Shown here: one piece after another, positions 25,395-39,200 of the stretch | How the letters are laid out: every line of letters starts with the position of its first letter | Position numbering within the stretch: position 1 is the stretch's first letter | NCBI GenBank assembly: GCA_001179505.1 | Contig: CDMY01000313.1 | Span: 62,001 to 126,000 of the forward strand | Reading direction: 5' to 3' | Source: Vitrella brassicaformis CCMP3155 | Lineage: Eukaryota > Protista > Chromerida | DNA: 64,000 bases | The notes under the pieces: model-generated | What the model saw: only the letters and a program-made list of their open reading frames with translations | Told to the model about the DNA's origin: nothing | Database searches by the model: none | Position numbers and translations under genes: made by a program

Positions 25395-26593
25395 GGAAAA
25401 CACGTGCATGCATTCATAACAATGACATGGGTGTGGATCTATGGCACTCAGTCGAGTGGTGTGAGCCTCTCATCCCCCACTACCTGCTCACTGCTCTTGT
25501 CACTCGGGCGAACCCACAGATGGCGACCCACCGCACAGCAGTGTTTGTCTCAAAAGGCGGCCAGCCGAGCATTCGGTCGGCAGTCTGTCTGTACACTGAC
25601 TAGCTATTCACACTGGCAAGTAACAATCTTTCCCTCCCCCCTCCTCAGTCCCTCCATCCCTCCTCATCGTCGAGCCCCATGTCCTCCTCGTCATCGCTGT
25701 CGTCCAGCGGCCACATGTCCATCGTGACTGTCAACTGGTGCTCGGCCGGCCGGACTGCCAGGTCCTCGATCGACGAGCCCTGCTCATCGAACCGCCGGTA
25801 GGTGATCGGAAAGCGCACCTCCATGCCGTACTCGGCCATGTCCTCGCGCACACGGCTCTGGCGGAACAGCGGATCGAGCTGGCGCTCGACTTCGCGAGCG
25901 TGGGTAGGGGTGGTGAAGATGTCTGCCCGCTCGTTGAGCTTGAAGGTAGCGTGTTTGGGCCGCAGCTCGTGGACGAGGCGGAAGAGGTCCCGCAGCCGCT
26001 CGGGGACGCTCTCGGCCGTCGCGTTGTTGATGTCCTCGAGGCTGCCCGTCATGCTCAAGTCGATGGGTCTGGTCTCGATGGTGAGCTCTTGCACTCTAGG
26101 GTACTGGCGGGTGGTCTGGGGTGACGGGAAGGCGATCGGGGCGGCCGCCTTGGTATGGGGCTGGGTGAAAAACAGCGGCTCGCTATATGCCATCTCCAGC
26201 TTCTGATCGGCACACACACAATGCGGGATGGACTGATAAGGCTCGATATCTTGATGCATGGCTTGGACGGCACCACCACATGTACCTTGAGCGGCTTTGG
26301 TTTGATGCCCTGCTGGATGTATGCGAGCGCCTCAGAGGCCACGACGCCGCTGACCGTAGACGTCCACGTCTTGTCCGCTTCAAACGACCGGAGGTACACG
26401 TGTGTGAGGGCGGGGAGGGACGAAAGGAGGCGCGACAGTCGGTTGGGCGTGGCGGGAGGGATGAGGTACTCGGGGTCACACGTCGGAATATGAGGCTTGT
26501 AACCCTCGTCCACCAGGTAGAGCTCCGTCACGTTACTGAATCGACACATCCACACACATCCACAGCGAGATTACGCGAAGCGTCTTTGTTGCG

Positions 26594-26625
<32 letters not shown>

Positions 26626-28412
26626 CTGTCTCTCTGTCTCTCACCAGAGTGATTTGAGCGTGCCCACCTCGGTCAGCCACTGTGGGATGCCGTTGAAGGA
26701 CTCGGCATCGACATCGTGGGTGCAAATGGCGAGCTCGACCTCCAGGCGCCTGGCGTTGTTCAGCCGGATGCCGCTGAAGTGCGGGCTGGTGGGGGTGCCA
26801 GATCGGCCATCATTATCCATCAGTGACACGGTATCGCTCCCTCCCGCGTGCCGTTTGACGGTCTCCACCCATGTGAGGGTCTCGGCAGTCGGCGGGCCCT
26901 CTGTGCTCTCACCGCCGCACTCGATCCATGTCACACCTCCTTGCCGTACCACTCCCCATCCCATCTGCTCAGCCGCCTGAATCATCCCCACCGAGCCTTC
27001 ATCACTCCAGTCGGGTGGATCGGCCGGGTCACGGACGATGTCAAGGGGGCAGTGGATCTTCACCTGGCGCTTGGTGGCGGCCCCCGACGGAGAGGGAGAG
27101 GGAGAGCGGGAGTTCGCCGCACCGCCGCTGCTGGGCGTCAGCTGCCGCAGCAGCGTCACCAGCTTGCTGGTCTCCGTGTCGCTGCCACACAGCTTGAGGT
27201 GGCCGACGTGGCGCAGATTCTTGAGCGATGAGAGGGCAGCGGTGGTGAGGGGTACGACGGATTCAGCCGCCCCTCTGTAGGAGCACAGCAGTGGGAAGAT
27301 GTCCAGGTGGCTGAGGGCGGGGGACGAGCCGAAGATGAACGCCAAACTGCGATCGAATGCAATGCGCATGGATGCCCACTTGCCGCCCATCTTGTCCGTG
27401 ATACGGTTTGTCTCGTCCGCGGAGAGCACCTGGCCGGTGAGGCGGTCGAGCGCTGGGCAGACGAGTTTCTGCTGCTGGAAGAGATGGAATCCGTCGAGGC
27501 TGTCCACCTCAACCGACCGGACCGGCGGAAACACCGCATTGGGCCCCTTGACCTGCGCCACCGGCTGGCCACTTGCCGTGTCCTCAGACCCTTCGCCCTC
27601 ATCCGCATCACGATCCTCATCACCGTGTTCATCTCGCTGCTGCTTGGCTTGTGTCGTCTGGATGGCCTTGAGCGTGTCGGTGTGGTTGACCAGCTGCAGG
27701 GAGACGAAGGCGAACAGCCGCGCCCGGCCGATCTCCTCGACCTCCTCCTCTCTGGGCAGCAGGATGATGGCGTGCTGCTGCTGCTCGAACGTCACCAGGC
27801 TGCCGCGTGGTCCCCTGCAGCTGAGGCCGTGGTTGGGGCGGTGCCAGTTGATGACCCGGATCAGCGAGTAGATGGCCCAGTAGAAGGCCCGACAGACACA
27901 GCTCATCGCCAGGCGCTCCTTGACGGACTGATACGATGACACGTTGAGCCAGATGAGCCCATCCAGAAGGCTCGTGAGGCTCTTCGACGCGGCGCGGTTG
28001 GATGAGTCATCGCTCTGGGCCGGAGCGGCTGTGCGAGGTGCTTTGGCTGGCGGGCCGTCCATCGCCCAGCAGACACACACCAGAGATCAGCTACGCTCAG
28101 CTATGCTGCTACAGCTTCCTGCAGGTCCACACATACAGATGCAAACACAGGAAGATGCCATGCCGTCTGTCGTGCTGTTTCCCACCAGCCCGCTTACAGT
28201 TCTTGCGATGAATGGACGGCTGCAAGACCCTCTCGTCCATCTTGGCCATCTATGCCCTCTGGGGGCCGTCGGCGTCGGTGCAAGATCATGTCACTCATGT
28301 TTGTCGGAATTTGAGGGTGCACTACCACAGGAACACCTTACCAAACAGTGTCGTGCTCGCGGCTCCTTTCGCCTCCTCCTTCGGTGTGCGAGCTTGAAGC
28401 CAGCAGATCTCT
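25395..28412. repeat. Segmental duplication copy 1 (about 3.0 kb, direct orientation; partner 51295-54322)
   Basis: Shared sequence runs from CATGCATTCATAACAATGAC...GGATCTATGGCACTCAGTCGAGTGG through the F-box-like gene to GAGCTTGAAGCCAGCAGATCTCT. Confidence 0.92.
25645..28062 (-). CDS. F-box-like protein (copy A) with long C-terminal putative substrate-binding region
   Basis: N-terminus SLTSLLDGLIWLNVSSYQSVKERLAMSCVCRAFYWAI fits the F-box consensus (L..L....w..I..yl...e...ls.VCr.f). It has a 1.4-kb first exon, LRR-like LxxLxxL segments and an acidic tail. A paralog lies at 51566-54001. Confidence 0.6.
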
Positions 28413-28437
28413 GCGAAAAATGCGAGAAGCAGACAGA

Positions 28438-30249
28438 ATGGCACCACGCAACGCCCGGCGGCGGTCTGTCTGTGCTCTTTTCGTCTGTGCATATCTATCC
28501 AACGCTCTGAGGCTAAGGCGGGATGGTGCTGAAGAGAGGAGGGTGGCCTTCACGCCTGCTTTCGGCGTCAGGAGGAGGACGGCAACGCCATCCTCGAGGA
28601 CACAGAACTTCTTGCGCATGGAGAGCGATGGGTGAGCAAGCAGATCTATGTGTGCTCCTGTCACTGCGTGGTTCTCTCCGGATGTGTGTGTGTGCGTGGC
28701 TTTGCAGTGGCGGTCGTCGTTCCAACGCTCACGACACGCTTGTGTCGGCTCTCAGCGCCGACGGCGGCATCGTTGTCAGGGTACGATATGTCATAGGATG
28801 AAGCAAACACAGCTTTCAGCCAGCCAGCGTGTGTGTGACATGTAGGCTGTGAGTGCCCGCAATTTAGTCCAGGATGCCCTCATTCGTCTGCAGCTGTGAG
28901 CGCAACGAGAGCACCAGGATAGGCTGGGACGACTTGCCTGTCTGTTGTGCGTTGTGGTGTGGTGTGTTCAGGTCACCCGTCCCCGCACAGGCGTTGGGAG
29001 AAGTGGCTGTCTGCAACCTTTTGCTGGCATCCGGCCTTAAGGACAGGGAACAGCTGCAGCTTACAATCGCTGGTGGGCACAGGCAGACAGACAAGGCAGA
29101 CAGGATGGCGTATGGTGTAGTGATGCGTTCGGCATGCAGGCAACGGGCCCATCAGCGGCATCACGTCAATCGCTGACGGCCACGGGGACGTCAAGGCAAT
29201 GCTGCAGGGGGATAGAAAGTTTACCGGACAACAAGACGGTGAGCAACCCCACAAGCACCAACCAGGACAAGGATGCCTCTCATACGGCCCCATTTGTGCA
29301 GCGAGCGGCTCTCGCGAGAAGAGCATCCGGCGGGGCATCGGTAGGGGTCAGATCCAGCTGGTGCGCAGCCATCCTGACTGGATACAGCCCTTCCAGTCCA
29401 TCACAGAGATTCGCAACGTCAGCATACCCATCAATGTGGCCTTCGCACTGCTCGAGACCGAGCAGCGGACTTCTGCCATTGACGCGGGCGTGGAGGTCAG
29501 CGGGGCGCTGGTGCAGGCTGCTGCTGGGTACTATGTTGAGAGGCTGCCGGACGCGTCAGAGGAGACTTTGCAAAGAGTGGAAGAGAACCTGAAGGTGATG
29601 ATGCGCACACACGGGCACACACACTCATCTGGTGCATGTGTGTGTGTGTGTGTGTGTGGTCAGGGGTTGAAGAACGATTCCCTCTCAACACTGTTCCGAA
29701 GCGGCCTCACGGCGCCCGACCTGGTTGACAGGATCCTTGAAGGCGTCGGCGTAATGCACGGCACCTACTCGACTGGCGCGCCGTCATACAAGTGCTCATG
29801 CTCACCGGAGCGGTTCCTCTACCGATTAAAGGCGCTTCCGCGCCCCGAGCTGGAGCAGATCATCCTCAAACAGGAGATCCTCGAGATGACGTGCGCTTTC
29901 TGTGGGGAGGTGAGCCATGACCCACACAGCACAGCACAGCACACCCTCCCTCCCTCCCTCTGTATGTCTCTTGACTACTGGCCGACCGTCATGTGTGTGG
30001 TGTCTGCAGGTCTACCACATCTCATGGGATCGTGTGAGGAAGCTACTCGACATCAGCGAGCAGGAGAACGAGTTATGGAGAGAGGAGGCCCCCCCACTCG
30101 CCAACGGCACCATCAGCCCACGGCCTTCGCCGTCGTCCGAGGCGTCGTCAGCGATAGCCTCGTCGCTGCGGCTTGCATCGCTCAACAGAGAGAGGGAGGA
30201 GCAGGGGAGGCTGGGGGGCGGGGGGGATGGTGCTGATGACACGGCGTAG
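28438..30249 (+). CDS. HSP33: Hsp33 (HslO) redox-regulated chaperone with bipartite plastid-type leader
   Basis: Spliced: MAPRNARRRSVCALFVCAYLSNA...VAF...|DTLVSALSADGGIVVR|AVSARNLVQDALIRLQ|SPVPAQALGEV...LLASGLKDREQLQLTIA|GNGPISGITSIADGHGDVKA...IGRGQIQLVR...AAAGYYVERLPDA...YKCSCSPERFLYRLKALPRPELEQI...LEMTCAFCGE|VYHI. Both the CxC and CxxC motifs are present. Confidence 0.88.
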
Positions 30250-31391
30250 GTGGAGAGGTCGATGGGTGTGCGCCTGGGAATGAAGCGAGAGACTTGTCGA
30301 GGTCGGTTTTTCGGTGGATGTGTGTGGTGTGTGCGAGGCACGCTTGTCTTGTGTGGGGAGTGATGAGAACCTTTTGTGTGAGTGAGAAGAGACCTGGTGC
30401 CTTTCTCCATAGATCATGGTTACACACGGACAAGACAAGACGAGTCGAATTGCAGCACACACACACACACAGAGAGACAGACATGCCAACACAGGGGGCC
30501 AATGGCCGGCAGTTCGGGACGAATTAAAGCACGTCTGGACTCACTCAACGAACAAACCTGACACACACACCACACACACTCACACACACAGCCGTGCACT
30601 GAATGGATGAATTGTTCTCGCACCAACCATCATACACACAACAGGGCGGGCACAAACATGACTTCCGTTGAAGTGCTCTTGTCAAGGCTAGGCAAAGCAA
30701 GGCAAGGCAAGATAGCTCTTGCCCATGGCATCATGGTGTGGGTGGGGGTCTATCCGTCTTACAGACGCCGCCCGACGCGACGTGCAGGGCCATCCTGCAA
30801 TGTGGCAAATGGTCCTGCACATCACAGCAAGCGACCTCAGCAAACCGGACAAAAACACCCCACAACGAAGGGAGGATCGCAGGCACCCATACAGGAGAGT
30901 GAGGTAAGCAAGAAGCATGGGTGCGGTGCATCGTACACGCAACCGCCGCTTGATGTGATCCACGCATCCATCAATCGCTGTGGTAAATCAAATCGCGAGG
31001 GAGGGAGGACGGTGCTGGTATGTGGGCAGCCTCCCCCGAGACGGGCCTCTTCCACACATCGCCATGTGCGAAAGATAAGCGTCTCGGTGAGGCCAACTAC
31101 ACACCGACACCATTCCCCCCCATCACATTTGCACGACTGCACGCCAACCACTTGTTACACATCTAGCCGCGACACATGATCTCACTCACAACGGGGCAAA
31201 CACAAGACGTCAGGCCACCAATAAGCGACATGATGCCAGCCAAACAAGCACCCACACATACATACAAGTTGGTAGTGTTACATACAACGTGCAGCACCAG
31301 GCAGCGCAGCTACGTCCGTCCGTCTGCCTGTCTGTCTGTCTGTCTGTCTGTCTACGCCCTCCATCTGTCTGTCTGCTCTGTCTAAGTCTAT

Positions 31392-34300
31392 CTACTGGTT
31401 GTTGATGATGATGAGCCGGATCTTGCGCCAATCGAAGAGAGCCAGGCTCTGCGAACGGGAGAAGATGATGCCCTGACACACACGTAGACACACACACACA
31501 CACACACACACACAATGGACGAATGAGCATCCCCCCCCATCTCTCTCTCCCTCCCTCTGTGTGCGTGATGCACTCACCCACATATACGATGTGAACCACA
31601 GGGCGGTGTAAGCGTTCTGCTGGTAGTTGCGGATGATGATTGGGTGGGGCACGGGCAGCAGCCCCACCATGGTGGTCTTCTGCAGGTAAGACAGCACCTC
31701 CGTCTGGTCGGTCAAACCCTTCTCCTGACACAAATCCTCAACCTATCTCACACACACAGCCATTCTCTCTGTGGATTGATGGGTGGCTGGCTGGATGGAT
31801 GGATAGATACTTGTGGCAGCAGGCACTGGATCAGTCGCGAGATGGTCTGGAGCGGCAGCTTGGACTTCCAGTCGTTGAACCACTCGGGCGTGGGCTGCCA
31901 CTGAGACAGACACACACACACACACACACACAGAGACAGACAGACAGACAAACACCATGCGGAAACGGCCAACCGTGCCCCCAGCCACTCTGCTCGCACA
32001 CCTCGTTTGTAGGTGCTCCCTCTTCACGTGGAGGGGTCTGGCCCGACGCACCAGCCGACGTGTGATCGCCCGGATCTACACACACAGCACACACACAGAC
32101 GGGTCGGTCTCCTTCCATCGTCACCCATCCACCCACCGGCCCACCCACCTGATTGCGGCACACCGTTCCTCGGCGCCTCCCCATTGGCCACAACACCACC
32201 ACCACCACCGCCACCACCACCGCCGCCACCAGCGGCGGTCTGCTGCTGCTGTGACGATGGCGTCGGCGTGGCCCCGGCCACTCCGTTGACCTCTCCGCCT
32301 ACGACGGCGCCTTCTCCCCCCTCCCCCCCTTCGGTGGCCTGCGACGAGGCCTTCTTGAGGAGCTTGGTGGGGAATGAGAGGTTCTGGAGATTCATGAAGG
32401 TGTCCTTCTGACGCAGGATGGCGTAGACGAGCTTCTGGTTGCCCTGCATTGCGTGTATGGGAACGGAGAGAGACGCTTCACGTGTGTGGAGGGCTGGTGT
32501 GTCTGGGCATGTGGCTTGCCTCGTATTGGTATTGGATGAGGTTGTTGAAGGTGTCGAGGAGGAAGAACAGGTCGTGGTAGTGATACGGCGCCTGCAGGGC
32601 AGACACACAGATCGCAATGCATGGTTCTGTGTGTCTGCGATTGATTCTGCGTTCGTGTCTGTGGTGACCTTGAACAGCCACTGCGGTTTGCTAAACCGGT
32701 CAAGCAGCCGCAGCAGCTGGATGCAGCTCTCTAGACAAAACCCCTTGATGTAGGCAGATCTACACCGCACACACACACACACACAAAAGACAGACACACC
32801 ACATGGTCTCCCACCTGGCCAACCCACCCCTCAGCCCACTCACATGTTGCACATGACGGTAAGCAGCATGTCGATGAGGGCATCGTTCGTGGGAGACGTC
32901 TTCTGACACAGCCCCCCACACACAGACAGACAGAGAGACAGACAGAGACAAAAGGGCCAACCATAGCACGCCACAAGGGACCACACCGAGCCCATGTCCT
33001 GGATGCGCCCACCGAGCTGTCGACGACCACTCTGTGGATGACGAGCACCAGCAGGTCGGCGTGACACCCCTGGAACAGAGGAATGTCCAGTGGCAACTTC
33101 TCCAAAAAAACCTCGTTCAGCCGAACCGCGAAGTCACGCTCTGCATGTATGTGAGTGTCCCGAAACACACAGACACAGACACAGAGACACAGACACACAT
33201 GTGCACCGGCGCATGAAGGGGGAAAGGTCAGCGAGTGCACACCTGAGCTGAGGACGAGCAGGATGAACGAGCACATGTGCAGGAGGCCCACTTTGGAGGG
33301 GCCCCCCTGTGTGTCGGCTCTGCTGAGGTGCGAGTCCAGCAGCAGGAAGACCAGCGGCACCAGCAGCTTGTTGGAGTTGAGACGGCTTGTGATGCGCCGC
33401 AAAAACGTCTGCACACAGGAAACGGCATGCGGCCGAAAGATGTATGTGTGTGTCTGGTGTGCGTGTGGGTATGGGCACACAGACGGACCGGGTTGGCAGT
33501 GATGAGGTGCCAGAGAAGGATGAGGGCCTCTTGGTGGAATGGCACCTGTCCCACACACAAGGCAAGGAAGAATGTGACAACACTCTGTGCTGTGCTGTGC
33601 TGTGCTGTGCTGTGATTGCGTCACATTGCTCACCGCCTTGACAGAGTTTGGCAGGTAAGTGTTCCTGGACTGGTGGACCGTGTTGAGGATGCGCACCATG
33701 CCGTCGAAGATGAGGTCGATCTCGCTGTCCTTCTTGATGCCTGACACACACATACACACACACACACCCAGACACCCCGATGGATGCATGTGTGTGTGTC
33801 GTCCGGCCTTCTTCCGCCGAAGCGGAGTACCTGCCAGCATAGTGCGGTAGACGTTCCTCACATTCCTCTCCAGGCTGCCGTCTTGAACCTCCTCATCTAC
33901 ACACACGCACACGACACACACATGGTGCACACACAGTTGCCCGTGTTGTTTCCCGTGGTGAGGGCGTGGCGTACATGTGATGTGTGCGGCTCCGTTCTGG
34001 TCGCCACTGCTGGTGGCGGCGTGTGACGGGGTCTGCGGTGCGGGTGCGTGGGGGTCCACTGATGTGGACGACATCTGGTTGGGCGGGGCCATGCCCGTGT
34101 TGATGCCTGTGCACACACACACAGAGACACACACACACACAGAGATGAGGCGAGAAACCCCCCATTGTCTGTGTGTGTAGGGGGGAGCGGAGCTACCTTG
34201 TGCGTCTTGTAGGAAGACCTGAGGGTTGAAGTCCATGAGCACATTGAGCACCTGCAGTGAGGTGTTGACGAGGTCCTCCTCCTCAGTGCCGGACAACAGG

Positions 34301-34941
34301 CTCGTGTACGGCAGCCCCTGAGTGATTGATGCACCATCAGAGGGGGAGAGAGGGAGAGGGAGAGGGAGAGGGAGAGGGAGAGATGGCGGGACTTTCCTCC
34401 CTCCATCTGAAGGGGCTGCTTACGTATCCGAGTGAGCTTACATAGCCTGAAGGATTGTAGGTGAACACAGTGCTCATCAACGAACAAAACAGATTGGCTG
34501 CAGGGAGGACAGAGAGCACACAAAACCCTCAATGCCATGTGCAGCAGATCCATTCACCCGCCACCCACAGCACCCCACTCACCAGTGTAAGGGAGGTCTC
34601 CTGCAGTGAAACTCCTCAGCCACGGGGGCAGTATCTGCTGGTACTCGTCGATGGTCTGGTACAGCGGCCCGCTCAGACACATGAGCAGACAACGCAACAC
34701 CTGCACACCCACAAATAGCCCGTGCAAACACACACCTTGACGCACACAGCGCAAGTCTGCTGAGTGAGTGCTCAGGTGGTTTGGCTGACCTCCGTGCGTG
34801 TCTTGTAGATCTGCGCCGACGAGACGACGGGGAGCTCCTTGGCGGTGCCGATGCCGCCCTTCCAGATGAAGCGTGTATCCACCTTGTGCTTCGGCAGTGG
34901 CTGCACAACACGCCCACACACACACATGGCCATCTTCCTCG

Positions 34942-34972
<31 letters not shown>

Positions 34973-36002
34973 CGTCTGTGTGTGTGCGTCTGTGTGTGTT
35001 ACTTCGGTTTCTCCGATCATGACGCCGGGCGCAACGCAGCAGAGGTTCTTTAGGAACAGGAACCGCATCAAACCCGACAGCAGCTGAAACAGACAACACA
35101 ACAAACACGACACAACAGACAGACAGGACACATTGGCCTTGTTGCGCTATCCCTCCTGCCGTCCTTTGCTGTTATACCTCGTTTCCGATGATCATGTTGG
35201 GGTCTTCGGGAGCCTTGGCGGGGCCCTTCTCGCCTCCCTCCTGTCACCCACACAGACAGGGAGTGTGTCATTCGTGTGCCAGTACCCAGGCCGTCCGCTC
35301 CTTACATCTGCCGTGGCCGCTCTATCGGCAGCAGCAGGGGCGTCTTGTGTGGTGGTCGCCTTGTAGCCTCCCGGCGTCCAGAAGAGGGTGTGCACAAACT
35401 CTGAACACGCCCACACGCCACACCCCCGTTGACAAAAGACGAGGTGCTGGTCTTGGTCTTGGTCTTGATGAGATGCATACCGTCGTTTAGGTCTTCGAGC
35501 ATGAAAGGCATGAGCCTGGTGAGCAGCCGCACGCAGCTGACGGCCACCGTCACGAGGTTGCCGGGCAGCGCGCTCGTGCTGCCCACGTGGTTCACCTCCC
35601 GCATCATCTCAACTAGCTGATGGACGGATGGATGCACTCAGACATCAACAGAGGGGTGCCTGCCTTCCTGCCTGCCTGCCTGCCAGCATATGTGTGTTCC
35701 TGTGGCGTGGCGCATCTATCCACCTTTCGGAAGAGGCACGCTGTGTTGTGCGGCTTCTCGGCCTTCATCTTCCGCACGTCGTCGGGGTTGATCAGCTCAA
35801 ACACGTCGTCGATGCCGATGCTCGCGCCGAACAGACCCTTCCAAAACTGCAACCGCCCACACACACACACGCGGAGGGCCCGTGGTGCACACTGACAGAT
35901 CTGGCCAGATCTCCGCACCTCGTCATCGTCGTATGAGACGTCCTCCGAGACCAGCTTGTCCACGTGGTCCCGGAACACGGCGCGGCTGTCCGAGTTCCCC
36001 AT
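31392..36002 (-). CDS. HID1: HID1/Ecm30-family Golgi protein (multi-exon)
   Basis: MGNSDSRAVFRDHVDKL (myristoylation-type MG..DS); FWKGLF...DDVFELINPDDVRKMK..KPHNTACLFRK; VSCVRLLTRLMPFMLED; HQEALILLWHL; GLLHMCSFILLVLS.ERDFAVRLNE; FQG.HADLL; QGNQKLVYAILR; W..KLPLQTI.RLI; C-terminal W..IRL. All are typical of HID1. Confidence 0.88.
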
Positions 36003-36211
36003 CGAGACGAACGAACGAACCGCCGCTCACGAAGCAAGTTCTACAAGCCGTGCGTCAACAGCACCGAGCAAAGATCTGCTTCGGCACGGTGCCCCGGACG
36101 TTAGTGCCCCGCGCACAAAGCGCAGCTTTGCTGGCGAAAAGCTCGCCAAAAAGCGCGCGTCTCGACTTCTGCGCATCCGCGCCTTCTCGCCGTCCCTTCT
36201 CCGGCACTACG

Positions 36212-39200
36212 ATGTACTATCAGCCTGCCCCTGGTGACATATCGGTGCCCGACGAAGGTGCCAGCTTCAGCAACGTCTTTCATCAGCACAACTCTGATGC
36301 GCCCATCAACGGCGCCCATGTGGTAGGACAAAGACGAACGACCGCAGCGGCGCATCCAGCAATGAAACTGTCATGACTCAATTTGCCATATGCAGGTGGA
36401 CGACGCCATCAACCAGCTGCAGAAGCAAATCGGTACGATGTGTCTACACATGGAGACCGCGTCCTCTGCAGAGAGAGAGATCCATGCCATTTCCTGTCTG
36501 TCCTGTTGCTGCATCACGTGTATGCAGGCAAAGAGCTGCGTGAGATCACCGTGCATGACCTCCTGGACAAGGCCAAGATGGAGCCGGAGCAGCATCGCTT
36601 CGACAGGCCGGTGCCCGGGGAGGTGCCGACGTCGTTTGCGGCGCCGTCAGAGGAGGTGCTGCGGCTCTCTGAGAACCTCACGAGGCAGAGCGCCCAGCAG
36701 AAGAGACTCAGAGGTAGATGCGATGCGGCATGGATGGCTCAATTCACCTCCTCAGCAGGCCGTCGTGTGTTGGTGCATTGCAGATGATGTGAGGAAGAGG
36801 GAGCAGACGATTGAGACCCTTCGGCGAAAGGTCAACCACTACGAGGATCAGCTCAAGAAGGCAAACAATGCTCGGACCAAGTAACCAAGGAAGAGAAGAG
36901 CGGGTGAGATCCCCATCCATGTCTCCCTCCCTTTGTTGTCGCGTGTGGGTGGGCATGGCAGGTGGAAAGAAGAGAAAGACGACATCCAGACTCAGCTCAA
37001 GAAGGCCGAATATGACAAAAGTACACGAGACACAAAGGGAGGGACAGAACCGACCGTCCACCTCTGGGGGCATGTTGTGGCCTGTCTATCAGGCGACCTG
37101 GAGCGTCAGCTGGAGCAATTGAAGCTCCAGCAGGAAACCGGCCCGGCCCAGCTGGAGAGGATGCCTAGCACCACATCGTCGGCAGCCTCCCCCGGCGCAC
37201 AGATGCTCCTGGCAGGGTTGGAGGCCAAGGCACGGCCGAAAGCTCGGGCAGGCTTCGGGATGGGCGCGTTGGACATTGACCTGCTGGGAGGTACGCTCTA
37301 TGTCGAGCCGCCATATGGCGATTGACTGGATGTCTCGTTTGCAGAGGGGGAGGAGTTGAAGGTGTCGGAAGACCGAAAGCGGAACCCCTGCATGATGTGT
37401 TGTCACCAGTGAGTGAAGGAGAATGGATGGAGAGGACAAAGCAGAGGTGTCTGTCTGTGCGGGTGTCAGGTTTGCAAAAGCAGCGAGATGGGTGCTTCGG
37501 AAGCTGCCGTTCAAAACGGGCGTCCAACGCATTACGAGAAGATATGGCGACACATTCGGATCTTTCTTTGCTTTTCTGCGGTGGGTGTGTGCGGACGTCA
37601 AGGGCGGTTCCACTCGTTCATCCTTTGTCTGTGTGTCTATAGATTTTTGTTTTTGACGTCGATCCTCCAGCTGTGTGTGCACCTGCCTCTGTTGTTGCCG
37701 CAGCTGTACCTTCGCCTCTTTGACAACCTCAAAATGTGCGGCCTCAGCCCATGCATCCTGGTGTACAGCGCCTTCCCGAATAGCGGGGCCACCAGCATCA
37801 CATACGTCTCGGTGGTGCTCATGAGCGTCATTGTGGTGCTCTCGCTATCTCTCCGGTGAGCTGGTGAGAGAACAAAGAAGGAGAGAGCAAGGCCGGGTGC
37901 ATGCCTCTGTGTGTGTACGTGGCTGGGTGGTAGGCAGTGGGTGGCCTTTGATCATGTGTATCAGTACTCCCAGCTGTTGGAGGAGACGTCGGGGGACAAG
38001 AAAAAATATTCCAAAGTGCTGCTCACGGCTTTCGACATCAACACGGGGTGAGTGCGTGAGAGGCGAGACAAGCATCCGCCTATACCGCATCTCTTTTTCC
38101 CACAGCAACCATGATGATGCGACGAGCTTTGCAAGGTCGGTGGCGATCCAGTTGGGTGTGCTGCTCTACGAAGATGAAGTTAAGCGGAGGAATGCCGAAC
38201 GCACCTTCTCTGATAAGGTACGTGAAATGGCCGTAGAAGGCCATTTCTCAGCTGTCGTTTGTCTGAATGCATCAGCTGCTGCTTTACTGCCGTCGCGCGT
38301 TGGGAATCCTGATCAACATTGCCTTCATCGGCGTCGCCTGGACCATCATCATATCTGTGACCTTGTTTCAGAAACAGATACGCACGTGGCTCTCGAGCAG
38401 GTGAGGAGAGCACCGACCATCCACAAAGCTGAATGCCAGCATTTGTGCTGCTCGGTGCCCTTCAGCACCCCATTCCGTAGCGTGAGTGGGCTGGCTCCCT
38501 CGGTGACGGTGTCGGTCATGGGTTTCGCCTTCCCACAAGTCACAACGCTGATTACCGCCTATGAGAAGTGGGCGCCGTCGTCGCGTCTCAAGCAGACAAT
38601 GTGGCGCCTCTACTTTGGTCACCCCACAAGAAGGATGCCTGCACCCATGTCTCCTCTCATTTGGAGCCTCTCTCTCTCTCGCCGTCAGGTCGTGTGTTGA
38701 ATGTGGCATTGGTCACGGCACTCAACTTTGAGATGGTATACTCCCGAGCCCTGTTCACTCAGTCGTCCACGTCCACCATCGAGTGGGACGAGGAGACATA
38801 CCGCTGCAGGGAGGACCAGGCGGCCGTGTCGCTGCTCTCGCTCGTCGCAACCGACTTCGCATTCACGAAGCTCGCCTTCACGGGATATCTCACCTACCTG
38901 TACCTCACGAAGCGTGTGTTTGGTCTTCGTGGCGAGGAGCAGCGTGCGATGTGGCGGCCCAAGTTCGATGTGGCCAAGAATGTGGTGCAGGTTATCTACA
39001 CGCAGTCGCTCATCATCTCTGCCATGGTGATTGCTCAGCAACACAGAGACACGGACAGGGAGGGAGAAGGGCGGTGTGTGGGTGTTGTGCAGCCTTTCTG
39101 CCCGTTCACTGCTCTGTTTGCGCCCGTCATCCTCTTTGTGGACTTCAAGTGGTTCACGTTTGTCTTTCTGAAGCTCTGCAAACGGCCGCAGACCAACCTT

